A DNA stretch of 64,000 bases from Haplodiscus bocki (lineage: Eukaryota). Below the pieces are notes generated by a model. That model was not told the DNA's origin. It ran no database searches and saw only the letters and a list, made by a program, of their open reading frames with translations. This document shows, piece after piece, positions 1 to 12,669 of this stretch. The position numbers and the translations under genes were made by a program. Within the stretch, counting starts at the first letter, position 1, and every line of letters starts with the position of its first letter. The stretch is taken from the NCBI GenBank assembly GCA_965655095.1, contig OZ296649.1, positions 120,094,001 through 120,158,000 of the forward strand, written 5' to 3'.

Positions 1-1862
1 TTATCCAAACTTTTTCGATACCCGAAATTAATGAAACATTAAAGGATCCCCCCTACGAAATTTTTCGGCACTGTGAGACAAAAAATTTCCGACAGAACAT
101 CTTGATACTCCCCCCCCCCCCCCTCTTATCCAAACTTTTTCGGTACCCGAAATTAGTGGAACACTAAAGGGTTCCCACTACGAAAATTTTCGGCACTGTG
201 AGACAAAAAATTTCCGACAGAAAATCTTGAACCCCCCCCCCCACCTCTTATCCAAACTTTTTCGATGCCCGAAATTAATGAAACACTAAAGGATTCTCCC
301 TACCAAATTTTTCGGCACTGTGAGACAAAAAAATTTCGACAGAAAATCGAAAATCGTGACATAACCTTCTGAAGCATAAATATTTCCGATACCCGAAATT
401 AATGAAACACTAAAGGATTCCCCCCCCCCCACGGAAATTTTTCGGTACTGTGAGACAAAAAAAAATTCGACAGAAAATCGAAAATCGTGACATAACCCTC
501 TGAAGCATAAAATATTCCGATACCCGAAATTAAAGAAACACTAAAGGGTTCCCCTACGAAAATTTTTCGGCACTGTGAGACAAAAAAAAATTTCCACGGA
601 AAATCTTGATACTCCCCCCCTCCCCTCCCCCTCTTATCCAAACTTTTTCGATACCGAAATTAATGAAACACTAAAGGGTCCCCCAACGAAAATTTTTCGG
701 CACTGTGAGACAAAAAAATTTCGACAGAAAATCGAAAATCGTGACATAACCCTCTGAAGCATAAAATTTTCCGATACCCGAAATTAATGAAGCACTAAAG
801 GGTTCCCCTACGAAAATTTTTCGGCACTGTGAGACAAAAAAAAACTTCGACGGAAAATCTTGATACTCCCCCCCCCCACTCTTATCCAAAATTTTTCGAT
901 ACCCGAAATTAATGAAACACTAAAGGATCCCCCCTATGAAAATTTTCGGCACTGTGAGACCAAAAATTTCCGACAGAATATCTTGATACTCCCCCCCCCC
1001 CCTCTTATCCAAACTTTTTCGGTACCCGAAATTAGTGAATCACTAAAGGGTTCCCCCTACGAACATTTTCGGCAATGTGAGACAAAAAATTTCCGACAGA
1101 AAATCTTGAACCCCCCCCCCCCACCTCTTATCCAAACTTTTTCGATGCCCGAAATTAATGAAACACTAAAGGATTCTCCCTACCAAATTTTTCGGCACTG
1201 TGAGACAAAAAAATTTCGACAGAAAATCGAAAATCGTGACATAACCTTCTGAAGCATAAATATTTCCGATACCCGAAATTAATGAAACACTAAAGGATTT
1301 CCCCCCCCCCCACGGAAATTTTTCGGCACTGTGAGACAAAAAAATTTCGACAGAAAATCGAAAATCGTGACATAACCCTCTGAAGCATAAAATTTTCCGA
1401 TACCCGAAATTAAAGAAACACTAAAGGGTTCCCCTACGAAAATTTTTCGGCACTGTGAGACAAAAAAAAAAATTTCGACGGAAAATCTTGATACTCCCCC
1501 CCTCCCCTCCCCCTCTTATCCAAACTTTTTCGATACCCGAAATTAATGAAACACTAAAGGATTCCCCCCTACCAAATTTTTCGGCACTGTGAGACAAAAA
1601 AACCTCGACAGAAAATCGAAAATCGTGGCATAACCCTCTGAAGCATAAATATTTCCGATACCCGAAATTAATGAAACACTAAAGGATTCCCCCCCCACGG
1701 AAATTTTCGGCACTGTGAGACAAAAAATTTTTGACGGAAAATCTTGAAACTCTCCCCCCGCCCTCTTATCCATAAACTTTTTCGCTACCGGAAATTTTCT
1801 GAAACGCAGCACAGAAGGGTTCACCTACCAAATTTTTCGGCACTGTGAGACAAAAAATTTTG
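1..1862. repeat. Complex tandem array of ~120-130 bp monomers (about 15 in window) with a ~880-bp higher-order repeat; runs off the left edge
   Basis: Core CGATACCCGAAATTAATGAAACACTAAAGG...TTTTCGGCACTGTGAGACAAAAAA recurs, followed by either a poly-C linker (TTGATACTCCCC...CTCTTATCC) or GAAAATCGTGACATAACC. Diagnostic variants recur ~880 bp apart (CGGTACCC at 141/1020; CGATGCCC at 263/1143). Confidence 0.95.
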
Positions 1863-2003
1863 AACGAAAAGTCGTGCATAGAATACAGAAATCAGTGGTG
1901 GAATTGATGTTTGTAGAAAACTTTCGAAAACTAGATTTTAAACAGTAGTCTCATTTTTAACTGTGGGCAATGGGCAAATGTTGATCAAACTATTTGTATT
2001 CCT

Positions 2004-2038
2004 GCGAAAAATATGCCGGTGCAAGCCGGCCGTCTTGT
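2004..2038 (+). mobile_element. Putative Helitron-like 3' terminus closing the satellite-bearing repeat
   Basis: GCCGG-TGCAAG-CCGGC hairpin (2015-2030) followed by CGTCTTG|T; a related end occurs at 2969-3003. Confidence 0.45.
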
Positions 2039-2249
2039 TGTCCTTCCAATATACATAACTAATTCCAACTGAAAAAATGACTTTCGACATTTATCCGATT
2101 ACATACTTAGGTAAGCGTTTTGTTTGTTTGCGCAATATAAAATATCTCGTGGGAGCAAAATCTTCCGCTCAATGCGAACGTTTTTTCCAAAACTTTCCAA
2201 AACTTTTCAAAATCATGTTCATGTTTTTAACCGATGTGCGTTCACAAGT

Positions 2250-3003
2250 GAAAAAAAACTTTGAAAGCCCTGAATCGTCTGTTCGTCTCGACACGGAGAA
2301 GTCAAATCTCACAACCCTGCTGGAATTCTTTTGCAAAAAGTTTCAAAAAACTCTTTCAAAGTCCGAAAGTAACTTGAAAAAAAAGTTTTCAAAAAATTAT
2401 TTTTCCCTGAAAAAGATTCTCTGGACATGTGGAATACAGCTTTGAAAACTCTGCTGAGAGGCTTTTTGCCAAATGTTCCCATTTTTTCCAGCTTCAGCTC
2501 CAAAATTATTTTTGAGTTACAAATTTTTCAAGAAAAATATCCCCCAAATGGTTCTTCTGCACACTTAAATGCAGTTTTGACAGCGATGACGAAAAGTTTT
2601 TGGAAACCGTCCGATAAGTTTTCACTCCAAATCCGATAAAAATTATAAAACTAATTCCTTTTCAGAAAAATCATTCTTTCTCAAAGAAAGTGTTCCTCTG
2701 GGTAACATTAAATTTGCTGTAGAATGAAATTGAAACAAAAAATTCCAAAGACGTACGTAATGCGAAAACCTGAATATTTTTGAAATCAGTAGAGGTGGCA
2801 ATTTTGAGGTGAATTCATTCTCAAAACCAGTCGTTTTTCAACTTCTATTTAGGTTTTGATAAAGAACAAAAAACTTTAAGCATTCCAGACAGTTGAAAAA
2901 TTGACGAAGTTTTTTCCCTGGATTTACACTTTCGTCCATCTAAAAGGAGTCGTTAACAAAGTTGGAGAGCGCAAAATATTCCCGTGGTAGCGGGGTGTCT
3001 TGT
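2250..3003 (+). repeat. Dispersed repeat with degenerate ~135-bp internal units and a Helitron-like 3' end
   Basis: A GTTCCTCTGGACAC...GCAGTTTTGACAAC-like motif at ~2281, 2416, 2551 and 2692; ends CCCG-TGGTAG-CGGG...TCTTGT; reverse-strand relative at ~16950-17110. Confidence 0.6.
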
Positions 3004-3807
3004 GGAAATTTCCGTGTTAATATATACTTAAAAAACGTAAAGCAAACAAAATTCAAAACCTTCAATAAAAAAATGTTTCTGAAAAATTGTAAGACAAATT
3101 ATGATACAGAACTGTGCTGAAAAAATTTGATAAAACCTGGAAATGAGATTGATTACATATGATTGATTTTAGTAAAAAAAATATAAGGGCTTAGACTGTC
3201 TTCAGTTATTTTTGAATTCTATAGTAAACATAGATAGGGGTTGCATTTAAAATACAAAAAACTCATACAACAGGAAATGAAATTTCCGATGAAATTCATG
3301 AATCGGGCCGATGTCGTAGATTAAATGAGACATGGTGGATGACAACTTCCGAATAAATTGTTCAAAGACTGTTTTCAAAGGGACACCTAATGATATAGTA
3401 AATATGATTCTGAAGGAAAAGCAAAAAAAAGCTGAACAAAGTTATTCGTAATTTATTTTGGAAGCCAGTGCTTAAAGGAGGAATACGAATACGTCACACG
3501 AGATATTTTAAGAATAAGGGAAAAATATCTCAATTGAATTTATAGTCCAAATCAGTGGAAAAATCATTGCGATCAAACGAAAGTGAAATATATAACAACG
3601 TTGAAGACAAGCGTTAGAATAAATTCAGAAGGTCGGATAAGATAAGTCATAGGAACAATTAAGAACTGAAGTATAAACTTGCTGTGTTACCACAAATTGC
3701 AGTTAAGAAAATAGAAAAAAAATCAGAATTTATAGGTGATACAAAATCAGTTTGATACTTGCAAAATTCTCCTGGAAGCTATAACGAAGAACAACAAGAA
3801 AAAGAAA

Positions 3808-3922
3808 ATGCCTACTCAAAATGCGAAGGAAAAAATTTAAGATTATACAAAAAACAAGAAAGACATGCCTACTCAAAATGCGAAGGAAAAAATTTAAGAT
3901 TATACAAAAAACAAGAAAGACA
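3808..3922. repeat. Perfect 57-bp tandem duplication
   Basis: ATGCCTACTCAAAATGCGAAGG...CAAGAAAGAC at 3808 and 3865. Confidence 0.95.
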
Positions 3923-4949
3923 AAGAGAATTTTCCTTTAGATTCTGTTACAATTCTGATAGAGATTATGAAGTGGCATGTTTTTAAAAATATCGAAAACC
4001 AAAAAAAAACTGCCAAAAGCAGGTAAAAAAACCTTTTTTTGAAAACATTACTAATTTGGAAGAATTTCTTAAACGTAAAAACAAATATCATGGAAAAAAT
4101 GAAATTTGTTGACTAGAAATTCTTCGCTGAAAAAACCAATTCAGAAAAACACAACTATTTTTGTCTAATTAATAATGGCCAGAAAAAACTAACAAACCTT
4201 CTTCCAGTGAGTTTTGGAAAATACGGTGTAAGGAAACTGAATCATGTGCTTGAATTGCAACAAACTCGTTTGAAAGTTTTCAGAATTTTTTTCTGAGCAG
4301 ATTTCGTCAACTTAAAGAACGCATTCTCTACAGTTATTACCAAAAATTGACATTAAAACGCTTTTAAACCTAATTAGGAAATATTTTTACAGTTGTAATG
4401 GACAGAAATGATAAAAAAATATATATTTTTAAAAGACCGTTAATTAAAGAAAAGAAGTTTCTGTTGTTGTGTTCATTGTGAAAGGTTTGTTTGCAAGATT
4501 AGAGTGATCATGAAGTTCTGAATGATGATGGAATGGTGAAATTGAAGAAGGTAACTGATGATCTGTTATGGACTAAAATCATGATATCAATCTTTTTTGC
4601 AAAACTCATACGGAAGACGTTCTTGATTTTGATATTAACCCTCAAATAAATATCTTCAAATTAACAAAGTTTCACGGATGATAATTTAAAAATTAGAGCG
4701 GTTGAAGTTTTTGACATTGTTTTTTGTTTCCAAGATAGTGAAATTGAAGATGAAGACTTTTTGTACTTTTTAATTCCAACCCACTGTTTCCCAAAATTTG
4801 CAATTTCCACAGTTATATCAAATGCATTCTAGAAAAGTCATAATTTTGGTCATTTATAAAAAGATTTTGTGGTGCTCCCTGTTATGAAATTATAAGAGAT
4901 GAATAACCTAAAAGTCTAAGTATCCTTCTATGGGAAGAAGGATTAAAGA

Positions 4950-7900
4950 ATTTCAATTGTCGATATTGTACAGTTTTAGCAAAGAAAACGAGAGGTATCA
5001 GGATTTACTAGAGTTTTATCCAACACACGAAATTCGTTAAATCATTCCGAAATTTGTTGATCATAACAGTAGAAATAATGAAATAATGAGTGTTATGCTG
5101 ATGCTTGTGAAAGAAAAACATCATGGATATTGGGATATTGATAATTCGATTCATGTTTCAATATCAGATCAATTTTTAATTGAAAGAAAAGAAATTTTGA
5201 GTGATATTGGAGGTCAAGAGGGTGTTTTTTGTGTAAATGAGAGTGATTGTTCATGAAATTTCTAAAAAGCATGCTTGTAAGAAATGTAAAATCAAAATTT
5301 TCTAAGAAAACAATCGTCCCTCGAAAGATTTTCAGTTGAATAAGAACCTTTTTCAAAGAAACTTAGTATCAAAAAAGGACTAGAAAAATACCACACCAAA
5401 AATTAGAGCACGTGGGGTAACTTCACAAAAAAAATCTACTTCAGACAAAACAAATCCAGACGTCGTTTTGTTGAAACCGCTGGAAAAGTAAATTGTGACA
5501 TTTAAGAAAAAAGTTCATTTGGCATTGCGCAAAGTCTAAACTTTAGAAATTGACGATTGCCCAAGTAATTTCAAAGCAACAAATTAATTTCGAAAAAAAA
5601 ACGAAATTGTGTGAAAATGTTTATTTCAAGTGATTTTGAAATGAAAATATTTGAACTTTTTCCCAAGTCAAAATAACTAAACTGTAATAAATTTTTCAAT
5701 TACTTTTGTAAATGTGAGAGTTTTTTGTGATTCAGAGGTTATCTATCAACTTAGTACAGACACTATATGGAAACTATAGGTGAGAAAAGACGAAAACTTA
5801 GCTAACTTTTTCGCATTTTTCCTGGAAACAGATGTATTTGTTGTTATCCTGTACAAAAACCACTCTCAGTTTGGAGAAGTTGTTAATGATATCTTGCGAA
5901 GGGAAAACAATATCAAAAAACAGGCAGTACAAAAGTTTTACATGACTTGCTAAAGAGCTCTCCATCTCTGGATCTGAAGATGAAAGAGACAACTGAGCAG
6001 AAAGATATGGGTTAGAGAAAAAGAGGTATGTGTATTAGAAATATATCAGATCATCGTCGGTTGACTGTCTTATATAGATATCCACCCCATATAGCCGGTA
6101 CTTTAGGATTTAAGGAAAATCTATCCCCAGTGCCATCAGTTTTCCACAATTTCATTAGGCTTCAATAACATAAATTTTAAAAAACGAATTTCATTGCATA
6201 AAATTGAGAAAAATCTTTCAACGTAAAAAATTTAGTTGACAGTCGATTGCTTAAAAACTTTTGCTTCTCTCAGTTTTCCAAACTCATGTTCAGCTGGTCT
6301 AGCAAACTATAAAAAAATATAAAAAACATTAAAATCGAAATTTTAAATTGGAAGTTTGTTTCAAACAAAAAAAGTTAGTTTGATTAGGGAGAGAAGATAA
6401 AAGAATTAAAAAAACAATTGTTGAAGCAATTCTTGAAAGAGACAAAAATTCAATACGAACCAAAAAGTGACGCAGGACTTTTGCTTTCTTGAGATTAAAA
6501 AAACTTGTGAATTTTTTGTGGAGAATTTCATATGATAAATGGAAAAAAGAAAACCCATTTGAAAACTTTAAAAAAGGCTATAAAAAACCATCATCAGATC
6601 TAAAAACATAGAAAATCAATAAAAATATGCCGCAAAAACAATCACATGAGGCCGCAGGAAAGAAGCAAGAACACTAAAACCAGCACGAAAAATTAAAAAT
6701 TAAATAAAACACCAGAGTTGTACGAAAAACCCAATGTTACAATACTAGCTGATATTTTCTGAAAGCTCTAGACTTGAGTTTTTCAAACGATGGCGTCGAT
6801 GTTTTATAGTTTGCATCTTTACCTGAAAAAAATTAGGATGTTGGAATAACTTTCAAAAATAAGTTTCAGAGGAGGTACACAGTTCAGAGTCATGTTTACT
6901 ATTTGAAGCTGCAGTTATAGGGGAAAAATCTGGAATTATGGGAGGTAGGTACCTCGTTTTGGGGAAGGGGGATAAAATGATAAAATGCATAGATGAAGAT
7001 AATTTGTATCAGCTGGTTATGTCACAATACTACTCACCATGTGCAGAAAATGAAGTTTTTGAAAAAATGAGCTTCGAGCGAGGGCGTCATTCCTTTAAAA
7101 GGCAGACTTCAGATATGCTTTGGAGGCTGATTTAGAAAAAAACCGAAACCACAAAAATTTCGTTTCAACTCTATCTTCTTCAAAAAATGAACACAACCTC
7201 CTTCAGGCGAAAACAATTTAGAATGAAAATAAAATAGAATAAATTAGAATATTAAGAAAACATAAAAGAGAAAACCGGAGACATGTGATTAAAAATATGT
7301 CATCACAAAAATGAAGAGGAGAATACTCTTACTGCATAGACAAAAAATTCTCACTCCTGTGGCATGGAAGGTAAGAAAAGTACGAAAGGACAAAAATTTC
7401 AATAGGAACTATGGTTTTAATCATGGAGATAGAAGTACTGAAGAAAGAACAGCAACTTAATTAGGGTTTCGCAAAAGTTTTAAAACAACTATCATATAGT
7501 GAACCTCACTGAGAGATAATGGAAAAGGTACGCCAAAAAAACGATAGAGTTAGTGCATGTAGAGTACTGTAAAACGGGATAAGAAAAGAGGAAGGTAAAA
7601 TTGCACACACTGAATGAAAGCTTTCGGTGAACTTGAACGTGCTTTAATAAGCAAACTGTTACCTCTACTTAAAAAATTCTTCAGCTTCTGGGGTTTGGAA
7701 GTTTCATTTTTACTTCTGTGTGAGGCTTTCTAAACGTTATTTCAATTAAAACCTGGAGAGCAAATTGACAGCTAAAAAATGGGTACTATGATTTTTCTTT
7801 CTAAGTAGAAGCCAAAGAAATAATCGTAGACTTGACGAATGTAAAGGGTAAATTTGAGACCAGCAACCTCACACAATTATCAAAAAAATAAGATTTGACA

Positions 7901-8190
7901 TCAAGCGAAAGAAAACTATTGGTGAAATAAAACAATGAACAAATCATTTTACGATTCTTATAGTTGTTTGAAGGGAAGAAAATTCATAAAAAATCGTAAA
8001 CATTTTTATACTTAGGGTTCTTTATAATGAAATGTTTTCACAAAGAGCTGAAGTTTCATTTTAGCTTTAAAATTTTGGGACAATCGCAATGAACATAGGT
8101 TATTGAATTCTTCCATGGACGTAAAATCAGAATCTTCAAAGACTATTTTAGGTTAAACAACATAGATAAACAAAAAGTCAACTTTTCTGG
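4950..8190 (+). pseudogene. Protein-primed family B DNA polymerase relic (element A)
   Basis: Ordered degenerate motifs: SSDFE (ExoI, ~5630), SDHRRLTVLYRYPPH (~6045, like RDHCHLTGKYRGxAH), VFHN (~6140), NVTILADIF (~6735), LFEAAVIG.KSGIMGGRY and IDEDNLYQLVMSQ (~6900-7030; motif A YxDxNNLYGxAMSQ), KKTIGEIK (~7910). Confidence 0.75.
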
Positions 8191-8199
8191 TAACTTCAT

Positions 8200-9420
8200 A
8201 AAAATTTTTTGTTCATCTCAGATAAAAATGTGTTTTTCAACCTTGACTGGTTGATATCAGTTTCTGTGTTAAGACTAATGCCAAGCGAAATTATGCTCCT
8301 CAAAACATTTTGTAAAAAAGTTTTCACAGGTTTAACATTTGAGATGTTTTTGGTAATGTTTATCAAAGACATTGATTTTTGAGTTTTTTCAACAGAACAA
8401 AAATCGAAAATCATGTTGAGAAACACCAGGTTGAGGAGGGTTTTAATTGTTATGTCTAATACATGACATTATTCCTGCATCAACTGGTCGGTATCTAAGT
8501 TTATCATTAGCCAATTTTTTTTACCTGGATTAGCGTATGTTTTAACTCCGTTATTACCCTGCGCGCAGTTATTTGTAGGTGTAGAAAAACATATATTTTG
8601 AACTTCGTCACCTAATCTAAATCTTTTCGAAAATGTAAGGTAAGGAAAGTGGTGAACCAATACCACTTTCAACTTTTAACCCATTGCTCAATTACTTTAG
8701 ACGTTCACAACTCAAACAACAAACAGACCCTTGTATGTGACCGATATCAATGTGGGCTTTTTTCAAGAATTATTTTGATGAAAACTTTTGATGAAGAATC
8801 TTCGGAGTAAAATCTGGTACATATCAAGTATAGTCGTTTGAAATCATCTTTGGTACAGGAGGATTTCCAGTTACATGATTGGATACATTTTAATGAACAA
8901 TTTTTTCAACGTTAATTCATAAGCTGAACCATTTGCAGCATTTTCTTCCCGTTTTCCAAACAAATCTGCAGACTTCTCTCAAAAAAGATCGAGCATGAAA
9001 ATTACCCCTTTTGGTCCTATTAAGACTGAGATCGGTTCTACGCGCTGTTGCGTCTTCATTTAAACCAAATCAAAACGGCTCTTTCGACATCTTGTTTTTA
9101 ATTTGTACAACAAACAAAGAGTATGACCATGTGAAAAACTCTATAAGTGTTATCCGCCATTCTCTGTTAATCACTAACAAAACATTTGCTCCTAAACCTA
9201 ATATTCTCTTCGCCGGCGTAGTTGTGTATTTGGCATTAGTGGAACTACCCATCAAAAAGATATCTCAATTTAGTTATCAATTCTTCCGAGATATCAGTGT
9301 AACATCTTTTGGTAATTAGGTGTTTTCACTGTATCTAAAAATGGGGGTGTTTATGAAAACTCAACCGCGTCTATCAATTGATCATCCGTTTTTCACAAGT
9401 TTCATTTAACTAACACAACA
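8200..9420 (-). pseudogene. Major capsid protein relic (element A)
   Basis: Colinear fragments SSTNAKYTTTPAKRI, DLFGKREENAANGSAYELTL, YVPDFTP, HIQGSV, CFSTPTNNCAQGNNGVKTY resemble Maverick MCP segments as I recall them; lies downstream of the same conserved gene as the MCP of element B. Confidence 0.6.
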
Positions 9421-9818
9421 CTTTACACTTTTTAGAGTAGAACACACATTTGAAAACATTTTTTTGTTAAGTTGGGTAGTATATCTGTTTTTGAAAACTT
9501 CATGTGTTACTGCAATATTTTGGTATCATTTATTTTCCTGTCGATTACAGGTTGCTTCTCTTTTGTTCATAAATGTACCTTATCACCTTTTTCTTCTGGA
9601 GTTTGTGGAACAAAATTGATTGCTGGACTGGATGTGGATGATTGATCTATCAAATTTTTCGAACAATTTTTCCTAAAGAGTTTTGAGTTCATGCTTTTTT
9701 CTAGTAAAACGTTTTTTCGATAATCCAATCTAGACTTCTTCAAACAGAAACAATTTGTTTTGTGTGCCCGTTCAATGAATCTGCGTGATTGAAAAAATAT
9801 TTGGTGGTACTTTTTGGG

Positions 9819-11402
9819 GGTGTCAGGACATTTCGTCCTATGCCATTTCAACCGTTGCAATTTCAAACGCTGCAATTTCAACCGTTCACACTTTCAACCG
9901 CGTGCCATTTCAACCGCGTGCAATTTCAACCGCGAGCCATTTCAACCGCCGCAAATTCAACCGCTTCAATTATCTAGTAATCAGTTAATTACAGTAACTA
10001 AGTGTAATTAAGATTAATCGTTTTTAAACGTAATATTTGAAATAAGGTTTGAATATAAAAGCGTCGTAGTTACCGGATTCAGCAATTAACACACCAATAG
10101 GAAATTAACACAGTTCGCACCTAATCGTAATCGAAATTGTGTAAAAATTTTGAGCCATTCAGTATTCCAGTAGCAGCACCTATCAGACGTTCCAAAATGC
10201 AAGTTCAAGTTATAGAATCAAATCGAGGCGGAAAAATTGCACTTCACGACGGCCACTCATACAACCAGAAACAATCAACTATTAACTGTATCCACTGGCG
10301 TTGCACAAAATATTATAAGCTAAAATGTCAAATTATTTTATCAAATTTACAAAATCCATGTAGAGTTGAACGGTTTTGCTCCTCCTTGTGTTTATGTACT
10401 GCTAGCGAATAAAACAGAAAAAACAGAACGAGTACGTTGCAGCAGAAGAGGGGGTAGCCCGGACAACAAATAGCGTAGAAGGCTGGCATTATGGACTGCA
10501 GGCGTATTTTAGTGGTTCTACGCCGAATATTTGGTTGCTCTTACGGAACTTGGAAAAGGATTCGAAAAGGCAGAAGTTTAAATATGTTCAAGAAAATGCC
10601 GGATTATTGTGCTCCAAGCGCCCCCGATACGAAAAAATAAAAAAACAGATGCAAAATATCCGAAGCAGTTATGAATTCGAAAATGCTGTGCCATATCTCA
10701 GAGCAGTAGCAAATTTTAGATAAGAAAAGGTTTAGACATTTTTAGTATGTTTTTTTTCTTTTTTTTCTGTAATTATTCTTTTTTTGTCTTCTGAATAAAA
10801 TTCCGTTTTTGTTTTTTTTTCGCAGAAAAACAATCATTACGTGAAGGGATATTTGATTATTTGTCTTGACGCCTCCTTGCAGCCTCCCGGAGTGCGTCTC
10901 AGAACATTAACATGACTGGCTGTACAGTTTAATCCAAGAGACATTGTCTCTTGTGAGATCGGAAGTACATTTGGACTATGGGCTGGCTAACCCTTTAGAA
11001 AAATGTTCAAAGCCGGTGACAAGAAATCAAAGTCCCTTCGAGTTTGTTGTCCTAGTGAGATGCTAATTGCATCTGATTTCTTCCTAATGGCGTTCAGAAA
11101 CATCATTTTCAAGTTTGGTACATATGGTAGTTTGTCCAATATGACCTTTGGAAATTACGTAACACTGTCTTATTGATGACGTTTTATTGATTCTATAATT
11201 ACTTTACTTGTTTTCGAACGTCTTGAAACAATTGAATAACCTTGAACTTAATGAAATAGGTCGAATTTGTGGCGGTTGAATTTGCAAGCGGTCGAAAAGG
11301 CAAGCGGTTGAAAGTGTGAACGGTTGAAAGTGTGAACGGTTGAAATTGCAGCGGTTGAAATTGCAGCGGTTGAAATGGCGTAGGACGAAATGACATGTAA
11401 CC
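9819..11402 (+). mobile_element. Non-autonomous Mutator-like (MULE) DNA transposon, 1584 bp
   Basis: Perfect 9-bp TSD CTTTTTGGG (9810-9818 / 11403-11411). TIRs of ~140 bp begin GG..CATTTCGTCCTA.GCCATTTCAACCG and are built of 16-17-bp TTTCAACCG repeats. Confidence 0.92.
10197..10723 (+). pseudogene. FLYWCH/MULE transposase with the central DDE region deleted
   Basis: SNRGGKIALHDGHSY...IHWRC...LKC (FLYWCH zinc finger) followed closely by RTTNSVEGWH...PNIWLLL (MULE C-terminal motif). Confidence 0.85.
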
Positions 11403-12669
11403 CTTTTTGGGATCTTCTTCTGGTAAATTCGATTTTATGACATTTCTAAAACCAGTTCGCCCTGTTCTTTATAAACACAGTGACCATTATTTACGAAAAA
11501 GTTCCATACTTTACCCTTTTTGTCAGGTATCAAACAAAATTGAGGTTTTACATTCATCTTTTGAACCAAATGATAAAGCATCTCAAAAAGGTCGTAAAAG
11601 CACCTCCAATTGCTTAGTGTTTTTTTACCGGAGGAACACAAAGTCCAGAGTTTCCATGCTGAAGTGTAAGTTATTGGGCTTTTTGACCTTCATTTCTTCC
11701 ATGTTCAGTTTTAGAAAAATTTACATGAATAATACTAGGAGACCCGCCAAACGTTTTTGTTTGAAATCGAACATCTTCAAATATTTTGTGTTTGTAACAG
11801 CTTTTTGTAACTCTGTCAAAGAGTGCAAGTCCTTAATAATACAGTACCTGCATAGATAAGTTCTTTTATACATGAACATATTTTTTTGTTTGCCTAACAC
11901 TTTTTGAAAACTGTAGCTCATTTTTATTTTCATCAAAAAATCATCTTTCATTTAAACTGTATCTAATTCATTATATCAAAATATCGAACTCCAAGAAAGG
12001 TCAGTTTTTGGTATACGTCCAAAACTTATTCAGCTTCAAAACAGTCATTTTTACCAAAAAAGAGGAAAAGTTTGTTTCACATTCCATCTAAATGATCCGA
12101 CTGAATGGATCAAGATCATCTTGGATAAAAGTTTTCTGGGTTTTACATTTTAAATACACTTCTGTCTTGCATTCAATTCAAATATGTTTTGCCTGTCCTT
12201 TCCTTTTGATCTCTCCCAATACAGACAAACATATTTTCTATCTTCATGAGCTTATCTACAGGTCTATTCAATTTCATCACAAGTTATTTCAAAACCATCA
12301 ATGCCTCATTGTCTCTGTCAGGGTTTTCCACTTCTTTTGAGAATTGTTCAAAAAAACCTCCTCTATTATCTTTGTTTTCTGTTCTTGTTTTTGGGGGCTC
12401 AAATCATCATTGGATAGTGGTAAGTTTTCAAGGAAACCCTTGTGTCTTCGTCGTGTAAAAAACTCATCAATTGTTTTTTGGTTATAATTTACTATTTAAT
12501 CGAAAACTATTAAGCCTTTTGTATTATCCTCAATATATCAAACACCCGCTGTTTTAAGACCATAATCACCTTCGTCTTTGAAGTGCAAAAGTGATTTGTT
12601 TTTCAAATACATGTCTCTTCTTCAAAGAGGACCAGTTCTACTGATATCTGTTTGATCACCTAAATGGTG

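Larger units (their letters stand above)
9460..11700 (-). pseudogene. Conserved Maverick core gene of unknown function, split by the MULE insertion
   Basis: C-terminal AINFVPQTPEEKGDKVHL*TKEKQP (9560-9630) resembles the Maverick 'LxxDPxELxDRLxLLxxEKxAG' motif; N-terminal part at 11435-11641 (QFCLIPDKKG) parallels 40252-40467. Confidence 0.5.

Noticed and set aside
1-1862. CRISPR-like array, or coding ORFs in the repeat
   Set aside because: The intervening segments are two recurring types, not unique spacers; there are no cas genes and the context is eukaryotic. The ORFs are translations of the satellite.
8469-8672. PIF1-like helicase (TPTNNCAQ resembling motif Ia)
   Set aside because: No Walker A or B nearby; the flanking peptides fit a major capsid protein colinearly.
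9567-10011. Repetitive ORFs overlapping the MULE TIR (also 11199-11396)
   Set aside because: Translations of the TTTCAACCG repeats.
11960-12460. Packaging ATPase of element A
   Set aside because: Expected here by synteny and there are faint Walker B-like traces, but no Walker A is readable; too weak to call.
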